From Alphaproteobacteria bacterium (GTDB lineage: Bacteria; Pseudomonadota; Alphaproteobacteria; UBA2966): DNA of 64,000 nucleotides. Every line of letters begins with the position of its first letter. The stretch's first letter is position 1. The position numbers were made by a program, and so were the translations under genes. Under the pieces are notes generated by a model that searched no databases, was not told the origin of the DNA, and was given only the letters and a program-made list of their open reading frames with translations. The stretch is from assembly GCA_964291395.2 (NCBI GenBank), contig OZ219856.1, forward strand, positions 1,696,001 through 1,760,000. The letters run 5' to 3'. This document shows, piece after piece, positions 9,380-19,209 of this stretch.

Positions 9380-11293
9380 CTATGGCGGTCGGTTAGGCGT
9401 ATAGACGTTGACGCTTGTATCACGGCCGCGCACATCCACCCGGGCCACGAAGCGGAAACGGTCGAAGCCGGCCGCCCGCGCGGTTTCCTCCGTCACCAGG
9501 ATGGTCGTACCGTGCCTCTTGTTCTCGGTTTCGAGGCGTGCCGCGAGATTGACCGTATCGCCGATCACCGTGTAGTTCAGGCGGCCTTCGGAACCGACGT
9601 TGCCGATGACGACCGGACCGGTGGCGATGCCGATGCGGGTGCGGAACGGTGTCCCGCCGGGCCCCACGAGTTCGGGATCGCTGGTTGTCATATCCAGGAA
9701 TTCCAAGGCGGCGTCGACGGCGTGCGCCGGGTGGTCGGGATCGCCGAGCGGTGCGCCGAATACCGCAAGCATCCCATCTCCCATGAACTTGTCCACGAAT
9801 CCCCCGTGGCGTTCGACCGCTGCCGCCGCGCTCGCAAGATAACGGTTGAGCGACCGGATCATTCGCTCGGGTGGCAAGCGTTCGCTGAGCGCGGTGTAGT
9901 CCGCGATGTCGCTGACCAGAACCGTGACCTCACGCCTTTCACCACCCAGTTCCGGCTTCTGGCCGGTTGCCAGTATTCCATCGACAACCACCGGTGCGAG
10001 ATAGAGCGAGAAGTAGCGGCGGATTGCGCGCCTTTCCCTGTCGGTCACAAAATATCGGTAACCCACGGCGACGGCTGCCGCAGCGGCGAGCGGGAGGGCG
10101 AGAGCCAGCCCCGGCAGAACCAAGCCGCCACGGAGCACGTAGGCCGATACAAGCGTCCACCCGACGACGAACACGAGAAGGCCCGCAGCCGACCTGCCAA
10201 CAGGGAACCGCTGAAAGGCCCAGGCCCACGCCACGGAGAGCAAGACTACGATCGCCATCTCAGACATCAGCCCTAGCGAATCCAGACCGGCGTTGCGCAC
10301 CAGGTTATTGATCGCTGTCGCCTGCACGATCACGCCGGGAATGAGTTGCCTGCGCGCGTCCGCCAGGAACAGGTCCTTCATGACCGGATGGACACAGCGC
10401 GGCGCCGGCCGGTCGCGCTCAGACCCGGTGATGAAGCGCTTCGAGGTCAGGATCCGGTCCTCGGCGTCCAGCACAGCACCGAACAGGACAATCTTGCCGT
10501 CGAAGTGCTGGCGAAAGTACGCGTCACGTTTGGGCTGCGGACATGCGTGGAGATCGGCGAGCGAGTAGACCGGAAAGTCTGCGGAACCCGAGTGAAAATT
10601 GAGCAGCAGCCCGTCCGCTTCTGGGGGAACGGGTACGAGGAGGCCGCTGAGGTCGGTACGATCGTGTTCCCTTCTCTCCGGCGCGACGTCAAGATGGCGG
10701 GCCGCAATCTCCAGTGCGAAGCTGGGCTCGAGCACGCTCCCCTGCGGCCCGGCCACACGGAACCAGAGCGGCACGCGACGGACTACCCCGTCCGGATCCG
10801 TGGAGACGTTGGCAAGACGAATGTTGCGGGCTCGCCCGACCACCACGGCATGACCGGGGAACGGGCTGATCGGTCCGGTCTGGTGCTGGACGCGCGCCAG
10901 CACCATCCGGTCGTCCTCGGCGCCTTGCCGCAGGGCGAGCAGCAGCGGGCGATCGTGTCCCGGGAAGTGTGCTTCCGCAGAGGTCGGGAGGATGAGGTCG
11001 AACCCGACCACGGACGCGCCGCCGTCGAGGACATCGCTCAGCACGCCACCGAGCTCGGGGGTCCACAACGCCTTGGGCGTGCCGCGGAAGGGCGGGCGGC
11101 GGTACGTCTCTTCATCAATAGCGACGATTGCGATGGGCGTGTCGGTAGGTCGAGGAGTGTCAAAGAGCCACGCGCGCAACAGCAGCAGCCCGTCCAAGGA
11201 CGGACCGCGCAACCAGTCAGCGAATCCTGAAAGCAGGATCAGTGCCGCGCACACAGCGGCGCCCACGATCGCCGGCATGTCCCGCCGCCTCAC
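9380..11293 (-). CDS. CHASE2-domain class III adenylate/guanylate cyclase
   Basis: N-terminal TM; IAIVAIDEET, VVGFDLIL, DPDGVVRR, GKIVLFGA, PGVIVQA (CHASE2); 3 TM helices; SDIADYTALSE, DKFMGDG, YTVIGDTVNLAARLE. Confidence 0.9.
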   Translation of the reverse strand: MRRRDMPAIVGAAVCAALILLSGFADWLRGPSLDGLLLLRAWLFDTPRPTDTPIAIVAIDEETYRRPPFRGTPKALWTPELGGVLSDVLDGGASVVGFDLILPTSAEAHFPGHDRPLLLALRQGAEDDRMVLARVQHQTGPISPFPGHAVVVGRARNIRLANVSTDPDGVVRRVPLWFRVAGPQGSVLEPSFALEIAARHLDVAPERREHDRTDLSGLLVPVPPEADGLLLNFHSGSADFPVYSLADLHACPQPKRDAYFRQHFDGKIVLFGAVLDAEDRILTSKRFITGSERDRPAPRCVHPVMKDLFLADARRQLIPGVIVQATAINNLVRNAGLDSLGLMSEMAIVVLLSVAWAWAFQRFPVGRSAAGLLVFVVGWTLVSAYVLRGGLVLPGLALALPLAAAAAVAVGYRYFVTDRERRAIRRYFSLYLAPVVVDGILATGQKPELGGERREVTVLVSDIADYTALSERLPPERMIRSLNRYLASAAAAVERHGGFVDKFMGDGMLAVFGAPLGDPDHPAHAVDAALEFLDMTTSDPELVGPGGTPFRTRIGIATGPVVIGNVGSEGRLNYTVIGDTVNLAARLETENKRHGTTILVTEETARAAGFDRFRFVARVDVRGRDTSVNVYTPNRPP

Positions 11294-11303
11294 CGGCGAT
11301 GCC

Positions 11304-11939
11304 TTAGAACGACAGCAGGCGCAGTAGGATCGGCCCGTTTCCTTCCTTGGCGTCCGCCGCGACCTTCACCACGACCGACGCGGCGCCGGCCTCGACCCGA
11401 TACGTTCCGCCACGCTGCAGGGGCGTTCCCAGTGCCGCCAAATCGGCAACGCCGTCGCGCGATGGGAACGTCAGCACCGATTCGCTACGGTCCAGGCGCC
11501 TCACACGCACGTGGGGCGCAGGCGATCTGGGCACGATGATTGGGGTTGTCGAGGCCAACAGCAACTCGTGTTCCGGGGAGGGGGGCTTGCGCATCACGAG
11601 GACCGCGCCCTGCTCGGCCTCGCTTCCGGTCAGTTCCGCTGTCGCGCCTCGGCAATCCAGCACTTTCGCCGATCGACGGCCACCCACGACGTGGCTGCGC
11701 TCGCGGCCGATGGTCACGACGCCCCCATGTACACGTTCCTGAATGCAACTCTGGAGATAGGCGATCAGTATCCGGGCCTTCGTACCGAGCTCGATGACCT
11801 GACCTTCCCGGAGATAGGTGAAGGACTTCACCGGCGCGCTGGCGCCGGCCTCTTCGACGATCGCGACCGGCTCCGCACCCTGGCCGGAACCCGACCAGAG
11901 CAGGATTGCGGCAACGGCGATGATGGGAATCGGTTTCAT
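11304..11939 (-). CDS. Exported hypothetical protein, translationally coupled to the CHAT gene
   Basis: Signal peptide MKPIPIIAVAAILLWSGSGQGA; ATGA overlap with the upstream stop at 11936-11939. Confidence 0.75.
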   Translation of the reverse strand: MKPIPIIAVAAILLWSGSGQGAEPVAIVEEAGASAPVKSFTYLREGQVIELGTKARILIAYLQSCIQERVHGGVVTIGRERSHVVGGRRSAKVLDCRGATAELTGSEAEQGAVLVMRKPPSPEHELLLASTTPIIVPRSPAPHVRVRRLDRSESVLTFPSRDGVADLAALGTPLQRGGTYRVEAGAASVVVKVAADAKEGNGPILLRLLSF

Positions 11940-14900
11940 GCTCCACTATTGCCGACTATGAAGAACGGGGACCAGAACAGGGGGTGGGCGTAGGCGAAGG
12001 CGTCCCGACCGTCGGGGAGGCGGTAGACGCCTGAGTCGAGGAGTTCGAGACTGGCGCGCCGCAACGCCTCGGGCCACACGCTTTGATCCTTCTTCTGACG
12101 CTCGAACAGCGCGGTAGTGAGCAGCCTCGCGCTCGACGTCTCCACTGGCCAGCCGCTGACCAAGAGCGACCGCGCGCCGGCATACAGGAACCCACGCGCC
12201 AGGCCTGAGATGGCCTCCGCTCCCTCGCCGTCGCCCGCCGCGGTGTTGCAGGCGGACAGCACCACCAGGTCGGCATCGAGCCGCAGGCTCAGGATCTCCG
12301 ACAAAGTGAGCAATCCGTCCTCGCCGCCGTGGTCGAACTGCGGTGCCGACAGCGCCAGCGCCGGCTGGCTGAGGCCGTCGAGATCCCCCGGCACCAGACC
12401 GTGCGTGGCGAACACCACGATCCGCCGGTCCGAGAGATCGGCGCTTTTGACCTGGCTTTCCGATGCGTCCTTGCCCACGAACACATCCTCGACCAGGTTT
12501 GCCCCGAGCGCCACGGCAATGGCTTCGACCTCGTCGCGGGTGTCGGGCAGCGGCGGCAAATCGGAAAGGCCCGCGCGTCTCAGGGTGAGCGTCGCCGGAG
12601 TGCTCCGCCGCCGGAGCCGTAGGCCCCGGGTCTCGAGCGAGGCAGCCGACGCCACCTGAACGTCTTCGGCCTGGCCAGGCCCGAACGCCGGATCGCCGAA
12701 TGCCACCAGCTCCCGTTGGGTCTTGGACGGTGCCGGAATGGCGCGACCGGCGACAAACGCCGCTTCGGAGGGCGCCACCGCGCTCGACCAACGCCGCGCC
12801 AGCCAGGGGACCTTCCGGTATTCGGCGAACAGGAGTCCATCGTCGGCGACCGGACGGGTCTCCTCGGTCGGCAGTACCGCCAGTGGAAGTTGCCCCATGG
12901 CGTCGTGGTTCACGATCACCAGGCGGAATGCTCTGTCGAGAGCGCGCCGGGCGGGGTGCAGCAGGTCGCGATAGAGCGACCAGGCGGCGGCAACGTCGAA
13001 TGCCGGAATGTCGCCAACCGTCGTCGCATTCGGTTCGAGCGCAGCGCGTAGCGGCTTGATGCGCTCCGCGAGAGCCGATCGCGACAGGTCGGCGTCGACC
13101 AGAGTCGGTGGACCCGACTTCGTTATCACAAACACCAAACCGCGGTGCTCGGTGAAGTAGAAGCTCACCAGCGCTTCGTCGGGCCTGAGAGCGCTCTGGA
13201 TCGCCCGATGGTCCGGCGGCTTTGGATTGATCAGAGAAGCATACTCTGGATAGCGCGCCTCAAGCTCCTCGACAATCTTGGCCCGGGCGGTCCGCAGGTC
13301 GTCAATCTGCGTCCTGAGCCTGGAGACAGTGGCCTCGGAGCCGCCACGCAGTGAAGCCCGCGCCAGTAGTGCGTAGAGGGACTCGATCTGGCGCTGCGCA
13401 TCCTGCTCCCGGCGCGCCAGTTCGGCGAGTTCCGGATCGCTGATCGCGGCCCGTGATACCCCAGCCGACACCGCCGCGGCGACCCTCTGGGCCCGCGCTT
13501 CGGCGGCAACCCGGAACGCCTCGTCGATCAGCTCCGGAGACCTGCCGCGAGCCAGCACCTCGGCCAGGGTGTCGAGGTAGACTTCGGCCAGATAGACGAA
13601 TCGCTGACGCACCAGGCTCGCGTCCGCATCGCTCGAGCGACGCGAACGGCTGGTCATGATCGCAAACGCTTCCCGGAACAGCGGCAAGGCCGACGCGGGA
13701 TCGCCCATGCGCGCAAGAAAGGCGGCCTTCAGGGCTTTCGCCTCGGCGCTCAGGTAGTGCTTCGAGCCCAGCCGCGCCGTGAGATTGCCGAGGTGATCGT
13801 CGATGACCATGCCGGTATCCTCCACCGGTCCGGTCAGGATCTCGCTGAGCAGACGATTGTGATCGTCACGCAGGAAACTGTCATATCCCAGCGGGTTGAT
13901 GCGTCGGAACTCGGTCTTGATTTCGTCGTACAGCGTCCGCGCGTCTGCGAACCGACGCCGAGCCAGCTGCGCTTCCGCCTGAATTTCGATGCAGTCGAGG
14001 CGCCCGCCCTCGAGACTGCCCCAGCCGAGTCCCAAGCCATCGCTGATGCCGCAGGCCTGGCGCCCGAGCGCCAGCGCGTCCTCAAGCCGTCCGGCGCGTA
14101 GATAAACCCTGCTCAATGTCGCGAGGAGGTCCGCAACGATGGAGGCGCGGGACGAGCCGCGGTGTTCCAGCTCCTGCAGCAGGCGTTTGCGAAGGACCAG
14201 CTCCGCCTCCTGCAGGTGGCCCTGCTCCTCGAGGTAGCGCGACAACCGCTGGAATGAATGGGAAACGTGGTTGAATACCCACTCTCCGCTGTACTTGGTC
14301 TGCGTGTGCGATATGAGAGACCGCACCGCCAGTTCGGCCGCGGTCCAGCGGCCTTCCGCGGCGGCGATCCTCTCCTGACCTATGTACAGGTGCATTCGGC
14401 GTGTCTTGCCGGCGCGCAGTGCTTCGACGTGCCGGAAATGCGCTTTGGCCTCATCGACGTCGCCGCGCCAGGCTGCGAATTGGATCAACTGGCTGTGATT
14501 CCTCTGTTTCGTCTCGTCGGGAGCTCGCCGCAGTCCCCTTCTGGCAATCTCGATCGCCCGCCTGAAATCGCCGCCTACGAACTCAGGCCAGGCGATTTCA
14601 CGGAGAAAATCGTCGAGATCCGACTCGATCTTGCTGGAATCGAATATATGAAGTGCCTGGCGTGCATCCTGTAGAGACCCCGGGATGTCTCCGACGGCAA
14701 GACGGACCCTCGCCCTGTCCCTGAGAAAGTCGGCGTGGCGTCCCGGGTTGTCCTTGATCGCGCGGCCGGGTTCGGCTTGGGCCTTGCGGCGGAGACGCAC
14801 GAACTCGTCCGTCTCCGCTGGGCGGTCGTAAGTTCCCACCAACTCGATAAGATCGTCGACAGAGCGCGGGGGAGCCTCAACGGTGCGTTCGACAAACTCG

Positions 14901-15016
14901 GTCGTGATCGACCTGGCTTCGTCGAGCGAGACGGTATGTTCAACCTTGCAGCCGGTGATCAACGCGACAAACGATAACGCCGCTCCGACGTTCGCTATCG
15001 TTGGTGCTGGGATCAT
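11936..15016 (-). CDS. TPR-CHAT (caspase-like) domain protein, predicted lipoprotein
   Basis: Lipobox-like ALITGC after a hydrophobic stretch; helical repeats; CHAT motifs LVAFGDP, LPPLPDTRDE, VFATHG (His), VVLSACNTA (Cys), AGARSLLVSGWPV, AHPLFWSPF. Confidence 0.9.
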   Translation of the reverse strand: MIPAPTIANVGAALSFVALITGCKVEHTVSLDEARSITTEFVERTVEAPPRSVDDLIELVGTYDRPAETDEFVRLRRKAQAEPGRAIKDNPGRHADFLRDRARVRLAVGDIPGSLQDARQALHIFDSSKIESDLDDFLREIAWPEFVGGDFRRAIEIARRGLRRAPDETKQRNHSQLIQFAAWRGDVDEAKAHFRHVEALRAGKTRRMHLYIGQERIAAAEGRWTAAELAVRSLISHTQTKYSGEWVFNHVSHSFQRLSRYLEEQGHLQEAELVLRKRLLQELEHRGSSRASIVADLLATLSRVYLRAGRLEDALALGRQACGISDGLGLGWGSLEGGRLDCIEIQAEAQLARRRFADARTLYDEIKTEFRRINPLGYDSFLRDDHNRLLSEILTGPVEDTGMVIDDHLGNLTARLGSKHYLSAEAKALKAAFLARMGDPASALPLFREAFAIMTSRSRRSSDADASLVRQRFVYLAEVYLDTLAEVLARGRSPELIDEAFRVAAEARAQRVAAAVSAGVSRAAISDPELAELARREQDAQRQIESLYALLARASLRGGSEATVSRLRTQIDDLRTARAKIVEELEARYPEYASLINPKPPDHRAIQSALRPDEALVSFYFTEHRGLVFVITKSGPPTLVDADLSRSALAERIKPLRAALEPNATTVGDIPAFDVAAAWSLYRDLLHPARRALDRAFRLVIVNHDAMGQLPLAVLPTEETRPVADDGLLFAEYRKVPWLARRWSSAVAPSEAAFVAGRAIPAPSKTQRELVAFGDPAFGPGQAEDVQVASAASLETRGLRLRRRSTPATLTLRRAGLSDLPPLPDTRDEVEAIAVALGANLVEDVFVGKDASESQVKSADLSDRRIVVFATHGLVPGDLDGLSQPALALSAPQFDHGGEDGLLTLSEILSLRLDADLVVLSACNTAAGDGEGAEAISGLARGFLYAGARSLLVSGWPVETSSARLLTTALFERQKKDQSVWPEALRRASLELLDSGVYRLPDGRDAFAYAHPLFWSPFFIVGNSGA

Positions 15017-15117
15017 GGACAGTCTTCGCCGACGACGATGCTCGGGAACCACCTGCAGACCGCGAGAGTAGTGGAAATTGTCCAAAGAGAGAATGTTCAT
15101 ATTCGACGTGAACCCGA

Positions 15118-15201
15118 AAACGCTGTGCGTAGCGTGCGGGGCTGCCTGCGGCGACCTGCGTGCACAGCTTCCGCGGAACCGGGATCACGGAGTACTTGCG
15201 C
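15118..15201 (+). pseudogene. Tyrosine recombinase/integrase fragment
   Basis: Translates KRCA*RAGLPAATCVHSFRGTGITEYLR (HxxR box); in-frame stop; cut off by the IS630 remnant. Confidence 0.65.
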
Positions 15202-15625
15202 TTGAAGCTCTCCACCCAGTGCGTCTACAGACCGAAGGCCCCCGGATGCGCCAGATCATCGTGTGCGACAGCCCGGCCTCCTTCGCCAGCGAGCGCAACG
15301 ACCAGTAGGTCGCGACCGCCGACACCGCCGTGAGCGCCCGCTCGATCACTTCGGCCACCTTCTCATGCTCAATGGTCCGAGGGCGTGCCCGGCCAGGGCT
15401 CGTCCGACAGGCCCGTAGTGCGCTCCTTGAGGAAGCGCCATTGCCACATGCCCACGGTGTGCTCGTGCACCCCGATCTCGGCCGCCACCGCCTTGTTGCT
15501 CAGCCCGTCGGAGCAGTGCAGGATCATGCGGCAGCGATCCGCCTTTGAGCGCGCGATCCGGTGCCGCCGAACCTTACCCTCCAGGAACAACCGTTCCTCG
15601 TCACTCAAGACCAAGGCAGTCAGCG
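15202..15625 (-). mobile_element. IS630-family transposase remnant (N-terminal HTH region, frameshifted)
   Basis: LSDEERLFLE..ADRCRMIL..GLSNKAVAAEIG..TVGMWQWRF..GLSDEP; then PRTIEHEKVAEVIERAL..TYWSLRSLAKEAGLSH..AFGL..ESFK. Confidence 0.85.
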
Positions 15626-15635
15626 GCCGGCGGCA

Positions 15636-15835
15636 GGAAATATCAGGGGAAAGAGCTTCACATGGCTTTCCCAGTCAAACATACGTGGTACCTCGTACCT
15701 TACGACGAACTGGTCGATGTCGTCGACCGCGCAACCGAGTGGCTCCACAGCAGCTCGTGGACAAGGGCCACTACAGTAGCCGGCACCCTTCGTTGGCGTT
15801 GCTGGAGGAGCTCTCCGGGTATGCCCTGACGGCCT
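15636..15835 (+). pseudogene. C-terminal fragment of a hypothetical protein, 5' end lost at the IS630 junction
   Basis: RKYQGKELHMAFPVKHTWYLVPYDELVDVVDRATEWLHSSSW joined by a frameshift to DKGHYSSRHPSLALLEELSGYAL. Confidence 0.4.
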
Positions 15836-16002
15836 TCCTGGTCATAACCGCCGCCCCAAGTCAGACAAGTAGATTCGGGACATGCGCGGGAGGCCTTAGC
15901 AGGACATGAAGCTATTTTTGTTTTGCGTCTCGGAACGAAGAAAACATCTGGCTTGGCGTCAGAGCTAACAAATGGGCCGTAGCGACAGTTTCAGACTCGG
16001 CC

Positions 16003-16395
16003 ATGCGTGGTCGCATCACCAAGGCAAAACGCTATTTCGTTCCAGGCGCGCGGCCTGCTCTATTGCAACCCGACCCAGTCTTTTACGGCACCATTCATCG
16101 CAAGAAGGCCGATCCAAGTTCCGTCGTTACCGATATCTGGCCCGAGGCCTGGGTTTTGCCATTCTCAATGCGACCGCTGGGTGATCCGCGCCGTCAAGTC
16201 CATAAGGACGATGCCCTGAAGCGGTGGTCGATGCTGGTCGAGCGGTTGCGCGATTACAATTCCGTGACCGCCACAATGAACATCACCGGAACAACCGTGT
16301 TCGTTCCGACGAACGTACCCGAACAGGCGTGGCAAATGATCTTGAAGGACCTTGCCATTGAGCCTGACTACGGCTCGCCTTTCCCTGAATTTTGA
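16003..16395 (+). CDS. Hypothetical protein (possibly truncated)
   Basis: 130-aa ORF with protein-like composition in a lower-GC patch; no family recognised. Confidence 0.4.
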   Translation: MRGRITKAKRYFVPGARPALLQPDPVFYGTIHRKKADPSSVVTDIWPEAWVLPFSMRPLGDPRRQVHKDDALKRWSMLVERLRDYNSVTATMNITGTTVFVPTNVPEQAWQMILKDLAIEPDYGSPFPEF

Positions 16396-16536
16396 TGGTT
16401 CCTTATCCAGCCGATCCAGTCTTTGTTTTTTCAATGCAGACGAATCGGGACCCGGGTCCGCCTTCGCCTCGGTCAGGGACTCGATCAGCCCCACCAACGT
16501 ACCGAAGTAGACACGTCGGCCGGGTCGCCGAACGGG

Positions 16537-16974
16537 TCACGCTGCCTCGCCGATGGTCACGGTCACACGCTTCCCCAGCTGGCGCAGAGCGCGATCGAGC
16601 GTGGCGGTCTTGGTGCTGTGTTCAGGATTCAACATCCGCCGCACCTCGCTCTCAGCGATGTCGAGGTCTCTGGCAAGGCGCCGTTGTGATATCCCCGCCC
16701 GGCGCCACGCCTCGTAGAGCGCCGCCTTCAGCGCGATCTGCACCGGTGGAACGACGAGCGGCCGCCCTTTCCCGGCGCACGAAGGCTTGGGCAGATCCCC
16801 GCCCTCCCGGATCGTGGTCGCGATGAGTTCGCGCAGCAGGTCCTTGGCCTCGGCCAGGGCCTCGTCGCGGGTCTCACCGTCCGTCGCACCCCACCCGAAA
16901 TCCGGGAACGCGACCACATACCGGTCGTCCTCGTCGCATGCGATTTCGGCGGGATAGTTGTAGGTGTCAGGCAT
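16537..16974 (-). CDS. hicB: Type II toxin-antitoxin antitoxin HicB with C-terminal HTH
   Basis: YPAEI..YVVAFPDF..TDGETRDEALAEAKD; HTH ISQRRLARDL..EVRRMLNP; directly downstream of hicA. Confidence 0.85.
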   Translation of the reverse strand: MPDTYNYPAEIACDEDDRYVVAFPDFGWGATDGETRDEALAEAKDLLRELIATTIREGGDLPKPSCAGKGRPLVVPPVQIALKAALYEAWRRAGISQRRLARDLDIAESEVRRMLNPEHSTKTATLDRALRQLGKRVTVTIGEAA

Positions 16975-17010
16975 GTCTGCGCCCCTCCGGGGACATATCT
17001 GTCGTTCCGT

Positions 17011-17223
17011 CTAGAATTCGTCCCTGTCGATCCCAAGGTCAGCGAGCATTTTGGTGAGCAGTCCCTTGCCAATCTCTTTTCTGCGGTCCTTGACCGTCGT
17101 TTTGCGATCGCCCGCATAGAGCGTTCCATGCGAGCCGGGGCCTTCGGAGGCCACGAACCGCACCTCCAGATCCCGGCTTCGCGCCCACTTGCGGACCCCT
17201 GCGATGAACTGACGTCCGTTCAT
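17011..17223 (-). CDS. hicA: Type II toxin-antitoxin toxin HicA
   Basis: 70 aa, GSHGTLY motif, KEIGKGLLTKMLADLGI; upstream of hicB. Confidence 0.8.
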   Translation of the reverse strand: MNGRQFIAGVRKWARSRDLEVRFVASEGPGSHGTLYAGDRKTTVKDRRKEIGKGLLTKMLADLGIDRDEF

Positions 17224-17266
17224 GTCGTCACAATGTGAACCGGAGCCGGTTCCCATCAAGAATAGG

Positions 17267-17286
17267 TGCGCACATTTTTGAACGCA
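17267..17286. promoter_or_regulatory. Candidate hicAB operator palindrome
   Basis: TGCGCACA-tttt-TGAACGCA imperfect inverted repeat just upstream of hicA. Confidence 0.3.
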
Positions 17287-17498
17287 ACAATCCTATTCCG
17301 ATGAGTGCCCGAGACGCCTTCAGCGCCGTGACCAATGCGTCCAGCCCGTGGGGTTCGGTGAGATGACAAGGGCCGTCTCTCCGCTGTCCGAGATCAACCA
17401 CGCGATGGGGCTGTACCAGGCTCCGCTCGCGGTCTCCCGCAGTGGTAGGCAGAAATCAGGTAGTGCTGCCCGGACTCCTACCGGATCGCGGCGTGGCG

Positions 17499-17531
17499 GT
17501 GAAACGGAATGGCTAATAGTGTTTCCGGACC
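17499..17531 (+). repeat. Copy 1 of dispersed island element
   Basis: gtgaaacggaatggctaatagtgtttccggacc; 28/33 identical to 23322-23354. Confidence 0.75.
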
Positions 17532-17658
17532 CTCGCCGACTTCTGACCAGGGATGGTACTCGCGCACACCGGTCTCACCACACCCGACATCGGACAGCTA
17601 CTCGCTGAGCACTCTGCTCCAGCGTCATGGTCCTGAGAGAAGTGCGCCGGCAGCGAAA

Positions 17659-18027
17659 TCAAGCGGCGTTTTGGGATGGCCCGCTTTCCGCCCCCTCGGC
17701 GAGCCGCCGCGCCTTGAACGCGCCACCCCACTCCTGCATGAGAGTGAGGATCGGCTCGAGCGATCGTCCGAACTCCGTGACCTCGTACTCCACGCGCGGC
17801 GGCACTTCGGCAAAGACATGCCGCGCGACGACGCCATCCGCCTCCAGTTCGCGGAGTTGGAGCGTGATCATGCGCTCCGTCGCGTTCGGAGTGAGGCGAC
17901 GCAACTCGCCGAAGCGCTTGCGCCCACCGAGCAGATGACACACGAGAACCGGCTTCCATCGCCCGCCGATGACGCTCAGCGTCGCTTCCACGTCGCAGCC
18001 GGTCTTCCAGTTGTACTTCCGCGTCAT
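17659..18027 (-). CDS. HxlR-family winged-helix transcriptional regulator
   Basis: [41 protein letters not shown]; N-terminal Cys typical of redox-sensing members. Confidence 0.9.
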   Translation of the reverse strand: MTRKYNWKTGCDVEATLSVIGGRWKPVLVCHLLGGRKRFGELRRLTPNATERMITLQLRELEADGVVARHVFAEVPPRVEYEVTEFGRSLEPILTLMQEWGGAFKARRLAEGAESGPSQNAA

Positions 18028-18058
18028 GTCGGGCCCCGAAACGGTCAAGAATGTCCAT

Positions 18059-18078
18059 TACTAACAAAAATGTCAGTA
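18059..18078. promoter_or_regulatory. Candidate HxlR operator
   Basis: TACTaACA-aaaa-TGTcAGTA palindrome between the divergent regulator and oxidoreductase genes. Confidence 0.5.
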
Positions 18079-18146
18079 CTTGTCGATTTCATTGTTTGAA
18101 CGCATTCTTGGTCGCGATCGACCAACACCAACCGACTGGACACAAG

Positions 18147-19163
18147 ATGAAGGCCATAGGCTACACGGACAGAGGTCCGATCTCGGCAGAGACCGCCGCC
18201 GTAGAATTCCAGACGGACAAACCGCGGCCAAGTCCGAATGACCTGCTCGTGGAGGTCCGCGGTATTTCGGTCAACCCCGTCGACGTCAAGGTGCGGGCCA
18301 ACAGGCGGCCGCCGGAAGGGGAGCCGCACATTCTCGGTTTCGACGCCGCCGGGATCGTGAAGGAAGCCGGTGCGGCGACCACCCGGTTCAAGCCGGGCGA
18401 CGAGGTGTTCTACGCCGGCGATGTCACTCGCCCCGGCACCAACGCCCAGTTCCACGCGGTCGATGAACGCATCGTGGGTCGGAAACCCTCATCCCTTGGT
18501 TTCGCCGAAGCCGCCGCGATGCCCCTGACCAGCATCACGGCCTGGGAAATTCTGTTCGACAGCTTTGGGCTGAACGATGGGGAAGGCACGGGGGACTCCC
18601 TGCTCGTGATCGGCGGAGCCGGCGGCGTCGGATCGATTCTCATTCAGTTGGCAAAGAAGCTCGCCGGCCTGACCGTCATCGCCACGGCGTCGCGTCCCGA
18701 CACGCGAGCGTGGGTCGAGAAGATGGGTGCGGATCACGTCGTCAATCATCGCAATCCTCTCGACGAAGAGATGCGGGCTCTGGGCATTGCGCCACGGTAT
18801 GTCGCCGCACTCACGCAAACGGACAAGCACTTTGCGGCGATCGTCGAATTGATCAAGCCGCGCGGCCACATCGCGATGATCGATGATCCTCAGGGCCTCG
18901 ACATTGCCGCCATCAAGCTCAAGGCACTCTCCTTCAGTTGGGAGTTCATGTTCGCTCGCTCGATGTTCCAGACCGAGGACATGGACGTTCAGCACCAATT
19001 GTTGAACCGCGTTGCCGACCTCCTGGACGACGGCACGCTCATTCCGACCGTCAACATGCATGGCGGAGAGATGGGTGTCGCGAGCCTGCGCAGCGCGCTC
19101 GAACTGCAGGAGAGTGGGACGGCGATCGGCAAGACCATCTTGGACGGATTCAGCCAGGCATGA
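18147..19163 (+). CDS. Zinc-binding alcohol dehydrogenase-like / quinone oxidoreductase (MDR family)
   Basis: [43 protein letters not shown]. Confidence 0.9.
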   Translation: MKAIGYTDRGPISAETAAVEFQTDKPRPSPNDLLVEVRGISVNPVDVKVRANRRPPEGEPHILGFDAAGIVKEAGAATTRFKPGDEVFYAGDVTRPGTNAQFHAVDERIVGRKPSSLGFAEAAAMPLTSITAWEILFDSFGLNDGEGTGDSLLVIGGAGGVGSILIQLAKKLAGLTVIATASRPDTRAWVEKMGADHVVNHRNPLDEEMRALGIAPRYVAALTQTDKHFAAIVELIKPRGHIAMIDDPQGLDIAAIKLKALSFSWEFMFARSMFQTEDMDVQHQLLNRVADLLDDGTLIPTVNMHGGEMGVASLRSALELQESGTAIGKTILDGFSQA

Positions 19164-19209
19164 TGAGGGCCGGCCGTACCGGAACCGCGTCGAGAAAGAG
19201 AGGCCGCGC

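Noticed and set aside
17265-17292. GGTGCGCACA resembling the XerC arm of dif
   Set aside because: No XerD arm (TTATGTTAAAT) at the expected spacing; better explained as the hicAB operator region
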